Assembly (NCBI GenBank): GCA_947462765.1 | Contig: CANHQK010000004.1 | Span: 11,206-75,205, forward strand | Length of the DNA: 64,000 nucleotides | Source: Bdellovibrionales bacterium | Lineage (GTDB): Bacteria; Bdellovibrionota; UBA1018; CAIMNF01 | Direction: 5' to 3' | In this document: piece by piece, positions 59,301-64,000 of the stretch | Numbering within the stretch: the first letter of the stretch is position 1 | How the letters are laid out: each line of letters starts with the position of its first letter | Notes under the pieces: model-generated | What the model was told of the DNA's origin: nothing | Seen by the model: only the letters and a program-made list of their open reading frames with translations | Database searches by the model: none | Program-made: the position numbers and the translations under genes

Positions 59301-62278
59301 GTGGCGTCAACAGCACGGAACTTGCGTCTTCTTATCTGCGCCCGGCAGACACTTATCCGCATCCTTATTTTCAGCCCATTGACCAAATTGCGAGCTTTTC
59401 GACCGCAGCCAACCCCTCTGCACCATCTAGCGTCACTGCCGACACCTTCATGGGGCTGAACGACTCGAACGGAAGGAGAGTGATTCAACAGACTTTCGAC
59501 TTTACCGTTTCACCTCCTGCTGGCGAATCCGCCGTTAAAAAACACGAAATCAAAATCCATGTCCGAGACCCGGGCGATCCGACACTCGACCTCGCACTCA
59601 ACGGATCAACCGTGGACAGTAGCGGCAGCCCGAAGCGCGTGGTGTCGCCCCCCATCGAGCTGAAACTCAATGTGAACGTCACAGGCAAGGCCGGGTTTCT
59701 GGCACCGAAGACGCAGTCCAATCCGATTCTGATCACCTCTCCCCGTTCCACCATCACGCGGATGAACTTTCGTTTGGCCCTGAAAGTCACGAATGCCTCC
59801 GACCTTGCTCCGACAAATGCGAACAAGAACTTCTTCATGGGGATCTTGGTGAGGGGAGCCACCTCGACTTCACCTAATACAGTTCCAACGGCCACCCCAT
59901 CCTCTGGCCAGATTCCGAACAATTCAGGGTTTTATGTGGATCAGAACTATTCTCTTTTCCTGACCCAGGGTTCATTTGCCTCCAGCTCAAATGAGGGCCA
60001 GATCAGGCGGTTTGAATTGGGAGCGGTGAATAACAGCCATTGCCCGAGTAGTTTGATGTCCACAGCCCCAACCGCGACCAACCCCTCGCCTGTCACTTAC
60101 CCGATTGTTCTCGCCCGGATCAACACCTCTGGTACACCTGCCATACAGTATTGCTACCTCACCCCCACCGCAATAGCCGATGGCTTGGCCCAAACGGTGG
60201 TGGATCACCAAGTTACCGCTGAGCTTCAGTATCCAGCGGTTCCCTCATCGCTTTACCGGGCAGAAATTGAACGACTGAGTCGACCCCTGGTGACCTCGAG
60301 TCAACCCGAACTGAATGCGGAGTTTCAAGATTTCTTCAATCGTTGTCGGTCTTTTACCGGCGGGGCAGGATACTGTTCATCTTACGATAGCGGCACTCTG
60401 TCACTCATCGGAGGCAACCTGACCACCGGTGGCGCCCCCGGTAATCAGCTGGTTTATAATTCCGGCAATAATCAGCAAGCTATTTTTAGTGTCTCAGCAA
60501 CCGATCGAGTGACCAAAATCGTGAGGGACCTGGCACCGAGCAATTCACGGAGCTTGGAAGCCTACGCATTAAAAGGGGAGACACTGAAGTTTACCGCTGA
60601 AATCGATCCTGCTTTCGGACTGGATGCGGCTCGACCCATTTTTGCCCGCTGGTACGTAAATGGCTGCCTCAACCAGGTGGATACGATCACGAGTGCATCC
60701 CTTCCCCCATTTGAAATCAAAGCAAGCGACCGGGGAGCGGGACCGCAAAATGACTGCAGCGGAAAGTTCGAGAGGACCAACGAGCCCTTGGCAGGTGATC
60801 TCGGCCTCTACCTTGTACGCTTGGTGTTGGTGAATGGCGGAGAGGCGACCAACACATCGAATGCCTCACTGGACCACCCGGCCAGCAGCACCTCGGCAAC
60901 CTACCTTTACCGCGTGCGGGTCGTGAATACCCGCCCCGAGGTGATGACGAACTCGAGCGGGAGAGGTGCCGTTTCAGTGGCGCTTTCTCAGGCTACCGTT
61001 CCTCTTGCTATCCCATTCAAGGAATATTCCAGAAACCTGATTGCCTTCGTGGCAAAAGATACGACCTCACAAACGGCGAACTTCATCCGGATCCGTGAAT
61101 TGACCTCAACAGGAGATCTTTTGACTTCGAGTGCGACCGTGAATTGCGCAGTTTCAGAGACGCCTCGATGGCTCGGAGTGCATCCAGTCGGCTCTAACCT
61201 GAATGTGGCCCTTCTAGGGAACTCGAGCCGATGGTCACCAGGATTGGACCTTGCCTCTGCGTATCCGAGTTCAGACTCTTTATACGGTTCCAATTCGTTT
61301 GGTTGCTACAGATCCTTTGCCTCCAGCGCAATCAGCGGTGTGGTTCAGCCTGGGGCAGCCGGATCCAGCATGGTGGCTTCGACGGCAGCCCTTTCCAAGT
61401 ACACTGCCTCCTCAAGAGTCACCGCGAATTGGGGCGGAAGTTATCTCTTTGACTCCGAACTGCCCTCGGACACGAATGCCTCACGGACCGTTTCAAGCCG
61501 AGAATTCTGGAGCTCCACTACGCTTTTACAATCCAATCCCGCTTGCCCCAACGGCTCAGGATCCTTCTTGCCGAACCTCTTCGGCTGCAACCCGAACCCG
61601 TACACTGCATTTCCAAAAAATCGCGTATACAAAATGTTCACCTCAGGAAATACGCTGTTTCAACTCATGGGTCCCGGCCCAGGGATTGGTGATCAATCCC
61701 AAGGCCAGATTTTGGTCCACAGCCTGTCGGCGAGCGCTTCCTGGAGCGGGAACACTGCGGTCTCGTCGAACCTCAGAACCCTTACATTCGGCCCATCGAC
61801 CGGGGGGGGCACCACCTGCGTTATTCCGAATACGGTTCTGCCATTTCCGGTGGATGCCACCTACCACAGCCAAAGCGACACCCTGTATGTCATCACAACC
61901 GATACCGGCTCATCAGCTCTAGGTGATTTCATGATCATTCGAGGGGCTACGACGAGCTCACCTTCTTGTTCGTCGGTCGGGAAGGTCGCAAAACCTTCGA
62001 CGGACCCATTGGTGAACAATACCAACCTCACGAAAATGGTCGTGGATGCGAACCGGGGACTGGTCTATGCATTGATCACCCTGGACTCCTCGGGAGAGCT
62101 GATCGTATACGACACGATCACAGGCCTTCCGCCCGAGAGACAAACTCTTGGCTTTTCGCCCCTGACCCTCCTTTTGTACGATACCGGTCAGGGCGAAACC
62201 CATAACAATCTAGCTCTCATCATGAGTCGGCAGTACGTCACTTCATCGAATGCTCCGGCCCTTTACAGACTTTACTGA
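53354..62278 (+). CDS. Giant secreted/lipo-protein 3 (~2974 aa), compositionally distinct (S/T/N/G/P/A-rich), no FG-GAP motifs seen
   Basis: Signal plus a probable lipobox ISLLLGSCTGG. Proline tracts (PMPFWPPPPPPATPRPPQQAP, PTPTPNPIQTTYQTY). Very low Lys/Arg/Glu content. Ends ...ALYRLY with a terminal aromatic. 30-nt gap after gene 2 with SD GGGAAGAGGGGGGG. Confidence 0.75.
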   Translation: MKRLKMSWLSALRVGAISLLLGSCTGGENALPNRAGGIRIAPGERVHVDLQDIVALNPRRYNVVLKTVGPDYLPKGDILDLTAAAKAALASGSTRFTFTLPKNTTTPKPFLLAVDIPDLNINDSLVDVVFSGNSFVRPGIASRLAFDLLDSYNTTQNPKPIQAYSEAEFTAIRGIIQSRIDALMSQSEKLSFSVLPYLKLMTFFRNGLAYNPWVLSAVRDFGVNFTFTESTYPGIVAEDTIENSLNTCTREICFKLARDFKINSENAPVAPFKARANVATEVPVGQAIPMPGKNIAVSEGMCGISGCSPRLSVVVKPFDPEGDHIEKLLWVKYRPRQLPPSMRNRPTFDPLKEPIEKSTALKSDSFGKYLPVTDISLDEPDRYELYEISHDEALLKRNYPDSVCAESGAPVFNDQCHTAYRDVFAMYTDGMVWVPYRWNFVYNDTNRKPEFIRNAQNEINSTLYDEAIQSGFPNPESDVPGVPGWKLHNSHCENNPNATPTPAAPPSAQPSGTPIINYYTRIQDKKDGPWSCAFLAFDPDIDQDPNGAPDQFYFKVTGRTMQTKIRLGGQITASSPGVPSTFTQMPMPFWPPPPPPATPRPPQQAPMELLSCPAGHTRCGAAIAQVTVDNAVKEQTPEVSFDIEVFDRAENGMFSMATAQRGVMFSPKPPLLINFSDPPTTRESFNTITNYFPEPNGQAEPMRLRFDAYLDEILAQALPVNNSYEAIGFDTSMLGNTNRANFRIQSLEPGLIDFNMSPYLTQPRSLCSSASPTDNGTQCRGTFNVGTATINGELRVIQGSPGTSVRMGNSLRFADSGNYSFPREYDFSCFTNSGPGWNQTPVSTATGRNTSGGWAFEINFIDFDNVNLNPDEPPEVMYLSPQNNVRHSDSLFYCNAPAPNMDSPILGHVYTATNAAGTNAKDPDQCLSLAPLQGKITLQPVPVLYEGTETLGAAPSIRKLVYHRIRGIWRPKDQGLEGKTDNQDPRGLIQNALTRFKVFGRLHDLGLENKDFDRSEPIVFQYGRNIPRPLQFLAQKREMAPCLAGNAISNSTQQLSSSNPNGTEIRFAIQDENKTNSTVQTFAGSVRGYDEAQLEVLGSRTLGDSELLKFIPYLSNCTVSEPAPPSMTVNVTHRWTAVPGANGYIVDVVYPGGSQMGNIVASTSHTATNLPAFRDVDFIVHPTFPNPTPPLPSQTPTPNPIQTTYQTYALAPATSTTTPTLPRPAVWSVSNPDLVSSPFIRLRAAYDAPISANPFCLKSNTLPLTGAGGAAFDGVWRVARTDTTTTDRLKLASIIFSNCTDQPNVLLHADAKALYFAVKRSANPACNVPVGQQVLDQNLDWRNPDNSPATPGRLMVHSVWALDPTSAEFGSLSLPVALTSANYFFDLFPSLFGRTTGLPNFVTAAHYNEQNRLLFFVRPLNQFIYNNVFQSISGYGRNTYAGAWNPTEIGATAISNQLLAGPPDLESRLPLTNNTEYAAFSRMPHLPINAGGTYDVSISYGDVDAQINKLVTPGTLNSGSLVSGDPDTYFRMESSNQVLAIYAKPLPSSSSSPRTISIPVQALDQYDEANPKVEDDPYDVITYGISTIGPSSSPVPQEIPSLSGFGTRGANCSSGPSTYPTTISTRNLVSLQDFKRCILQWRIFPQDAGKEFSFNLVAQDNLGATPSVPGVGGSGNQNGPSRNFTVRIFSLEQNQKPFFTSTPGSTTALSSASYNGGTSVSSWNQVFTTAGGASQAGVQPTCIPGSTSLPYSCVLSPPASATLAVGTGDVLINSTPIEFDESALVGQVSPEYEIQVHAKDTASLDPLKNIIVDSSRPTRGVLIAGGANKGATYLMPSWTSLSVTESGASDYDVNSDGTNDTRGKTFTIRWRPRDEEARFLSNSEGFLIPFNLTDSPYVPGGSGAPAGFQISAERVTAWVWVRLRVRNHAPLVSYFVNPGANPNASDWKSLNSGETIEVVAGKSATVRVRVVDADHARVWAPNGGVNSTELASSYLRPADTYPHPYFQPIDQIASFSTAANPSAPSSVTADTFMGLNDSNGRRVIQQTFDFTVSPPAGESAVKKHEIKIHVRDPGDPTLDLALNGSTVDSSGSPKRVVSPPIELKLNVNVTGKAGFLAPKTQSNPILITSPRSTITRMNFRLALKVTNASDLAPTNANKNFFMGILVRGATSTSPNTVPTATPSSGQIPNNSGFYVDQNYSLFLTQGSFASSSNEGQIRRFELGAVNNSHCPSSLMSTAPTATNPSPVTYPIVLARINTSGTPAIQYCYLTPTAIADGLAQTVVDHQVTAELQYPAVPSSLYRAEIERLSRPLVTSSQPELNAEFQDFFNRCRSFTGGAGYCSSYDSGTLSLIGGNLTTGGAPGNQLVYNSGNNQQAIFSVSATDRVTKIVRDLAPSNSRSLEAYALKGETLKFTAEIDPAFGLDAARPIFARWYVNGCLNQVDTITSASLPPFEIKASDRGAGPQNDCSGKFERTNEPLAGDLGLYLVRLVLVNGGEATNTSNASLDHPASSTSATYLYRVRVVNTRPEVMTNSSGRGAVSVALSQATVPLAIPFKEYSRNLIAFVAKDTTSQTANFIRIRELTSTGDLLTSSATVNCAVSETPRWLGVHPVGSNLNVALLGNSSRWSPGLDLASAYPSSDSLYGSNSFGCYRSFASSAISGVVQPGAAGSSMVASTAALSKYTASSRVTANWGGSYLFDSELPSDTNASRTVSSREFWSSTTLLQSNPACPNGSGSFLPNLFGCNPNPYTAFPKNRVYKMFTSGNTLFQLMGPGPGIGDQSQGQILVHSLSASASWSGNTAVSSNLRTLTFGPSTGGGTTCVIPNTVLPFPVDATYHSQSDTLYVITTDTGSSALGDFMIIRGATTSSPSCSSVGKVAKPSTDPLVNNTNLTKMVVDANRGLVYALITLDSSGELIVYDTITGLPPERQTLGFSPLTLLLYDTGQGETHNNLALIMSRQYVTSSNAPALYRLY

Positions 62279-62298
62279 TTCGGCAGATACTGTTTGGC

Positions 62299-63252
62299 AT
62301 GGGCAAAAGAATGATCCGAGTTCTCGTCCTCACCTTGCTTACCGCACTGTCGGTCGTGGTTTTCTTCCGCCTCCGCACGCGCCCTGACACCCCACCCCCG
62401 CCCTCAGTGCAGAAAATTTTTCAAGACAGGCAAGCCCAAGCAAGGGCCATCCTCCTCACCCCGCTTGCAAACCTGGTTCAGACACGGGACTGGCCCGCAC
62501 TGAAGGCGCGGAGCGGTGAGCCCGGATTCGGACAGTCTCTTGCCGAAGTGGTCCGAGCCATGCATGTTGAACTCAAATTCCAGGAATGGACTCCGCAAGA
62601 CCACGCCCAACTCACTGAAATGCTTCTTGTCGGCCTTTCCGGAGCTTCAGAGCCAGAGCTATTGTCCATCATTCCTCAGATTGAACGCCTTCCCTCTCCA
62701 GTCAGCGACTCTCCCGCGGCATTGAGACTCAGAAGGTTTCTTGACCCGGGACAACCCGAGGTTCTGCGGGTGTTCGCCTTCAAGAAACTGGTCATTCACG
62801 AGTCCAAACCCGAAGCATCCGACATCGATCGTGGAATCCGGGCCCTCCTACCCGCGCCCAAAACAAAAGGTGGGATCAATCCGTTTTTGCTCGTAGACGA
62901 GACCAGGAATGACCAGGTCAAAAAGACTCTTCTTTCAAAGCTAGCGGCCAGCTGGGCAAAAATCGATCGCTCGAGGGCTCCTACCACCCTCTACCTTCTT
63001 TGTCGCAACATCCAGAGCATTCCCCAGTTCTACTCGAAAGGTTGGTCCCTCACGCTCCAGTCCTTACAATCCAAAGACTCACTTAGCATCGAATATGGGC
63101 TCAGGAGCTTGGTCTACCTCCATCAGTTTAAAAAACTGCCCCCTGCTGAGGTTGAACGGGTCGTCAGTATTTTGACATCGATTCCCACGCCACGACGCAG
63201 TCCGTTCATCCAAGAAAAATCCAATGAAATCATTGAGATGCTACAACGCTAA
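62299..63252 (+). CDS. Membrane-anchored hypothetical protein (317 aa)
   Basis: N-terminal signal-anchor IRVLVLTLLTALSVVVFF, then a soluble domain. Sits 21 nt downstream of giant gene 3 on the same strand. Confidence 0.5.
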   Translation: MGKRMIRVLVLTLLTALSVVVFFRLRTRPDTPPPPSVQKIFQDRQAQARAILLTPLANLVQTRDWPALKARSGEPGFGQSLAEVVRAMHVELKFQEWTPQDHAQLTEMLLVGLSGASEPELLSIIPQIERLPSPVSDSPAALRLRRFLDPGQPEVLRVFAFKKLVIHESKPEASDIDRGIRALLPAPKTKGGINPFLLVDETRNDQVKKTLLSKLAASWAKIDRSRAPTTLYLLCRNIQSIPQFYSKGWSLTLQSLQSKDSLSIEYGLRSLVYLHQFKKLPPAEVERVVSILTSIPTPRRSPFIQEKSNEIIEMLQR

Positions 63253-63295
63253 ATTTTTTTAAGCTGGCGTGTGTCTTTTCCGAAGAGTGTCTAGG

Positions 63296-64000
63296 ATGGA
63301 AACACTCTATCGAAATTTAAGAATCTCTCTGGCGATGATGGCGGTCTTCGGCCCCCTCCTCACTGATGCTTCACAGGCAAACGAGGTCATATCGGCGGCT
63401 GAAATCCAGCACTTCGAACAAACCTACGAAGACCTGGCGGCAAAGGTCATCCGGAGCCTACAGCCAAAGCTAGAATTCACCATTCTGGCCCGGGTCGAAC
63501 TCAGCGCCCACCCTGAAAAACTGGCCGCCTACGAAGAGACCAGAGCCACCCACCACCTTCCCGGACTTCCAGAGGTCACCGATCCGAACTACACTCATCC
63601 GTTCGAGAGCCCGTTACTTCCTTTACTCGAAAAGAAAACCATCAAGATTTTTTTCCGTTCCGCACTTTCACGGGATCAGGACCGCGTCATCCGTGAAGTG
63701 ATCCAAGCCAAGTTGAAACTCACCGCCTCAGACCACCTCGTTTTCGAGTCAACCGGTGGACCCACCAGCAGTGTTGCAGAGCCTCGCCCATCAAACAGAA
63801 AGATTGCCACAATCGGCCTGATTACCGGCATTGTCATGCTTGGATTCGGGCTCCTCGGCCGCAAGGCGAAGCAACAGGGATCGAACCTCGCCACAGATAG
63901 TACCGGTGCCGCTTCGGCCACGACCCTACCCGCCACTCACCAGATCGCAAACGCCAATGCGGCGACTCTACGGGAAGCTCTAGCACAAGAGCGAGTCGAT
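63296..64000 (+). CDS. Hypothetical secreted/membrane protein, partial (continues past the window end)
   Basis: Hand translation from ATG 63296: METLYRNLRISLAMMAVFGPLLTDASQANE... (signal peptide), a ~150-aa domain, then a TM helix IATIGLITGIVMLGFGLLG and a Ser/Thr/Ala-rich tail. No stop before 64000, so it is absent from the ORF track. Confidence 0.4.
   Translation, partial: METLYRNLRISLAMMAVFGPLLTDASQANEVISAAEIQHFEQTYEDLAAKVIRSLQPKLEFTILARVELSAHPEKLAAYEETRATHHLPGLPEVTDPNYTHPFESPLLPLLEKKTIKIFFRSALSRDQDRVIREVIQAKLKLTASDHLVFESTGGPTSSVAEPRPSNRKIATIGLITGIVMLGFGLLGRKAKQQGSNLATDSTGAASATTLPATHQIANANAATLREALAQERVD

Noticed and set aside
41534-62278. Interpretation of the giant proteins as RHS/YD-repeat or RTX toxins, or as a polymorphic-toxin locus
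   Set aside because: No YD/RHS repeat consensus, no GGxGxD RTX nonapeptides, no C-terminal toxin/immunity pair and no T1SS/T6SS genes are visible. The proteins have lipoboxes, which points to envelope-anchored structural proteins.

Overview
This window is GC-rich bacterial chromosome, roughly 58-62% GC with a strong G/C bias at the third codon position, and is densely coding on both strands. Most of it is housekeeping: a partial heavy-metal P1B-type ATPase (CPC and DKTGT motifs visible), an MFS transporter, a type-B succinate:quinone oxidoreductase operon (sdhC-sdhA-sdhB) with a divergent LysR regulator, NAD-dependent DNA ligase, RadA, glycerol kinase, an arginase-family enzyme, an ExbB/TolQ-ExbD/TolR pair, transketolase, UbiB, RNase R, PyrD, three tandem short flagellin paralogues, RNase PH, NadC and BirA. 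The gene set (multiple short flagellins, PilZ singletons, orphan TolQ/ExbD, type-B SQR) fits a motile Gram-negative, possibly a delta-proteobacterial or Bdellovibrionota-like lineage, but taxonomy is not resolvable from sequence alone. The stand-out region is 38.6-64 kb. A roughly 20.7 kb block encodes three translationally coupled giant lipoproteins of about 1796, 2137 and 2974 aa. The first two contain many integrin-alpha-like FG-GAP/VCBS Ca-binding repeats (DFNGDGxxD), and the third is a compositionally distinct S/T/N/G/P-rich protein. This block is divergently paired with an operon for a beta-barrel-like outer-membrane protein and a secreted VWA/MIDAS protein (plus birA), and is followed by two small membrane proteins. 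I interpret this as a candidate undescribed cell-surface system, with an intriguing alpha-propeller + VWA (integrin-like) pairing. Other notable items are two convergent single-domain PilZ proteins, a 23-aa lysine-repeat mini-ORF guarded by a perfect 14-bp palindrome and a bidirectional terminator, an RNase R with an N-terminal (not C-terminal) basic extension containing a GRPGG tandem repeat, and an orphan Sfp-type PPTase. No CRISPR, rRNA, tRNA, transposase or integrase was recognised.
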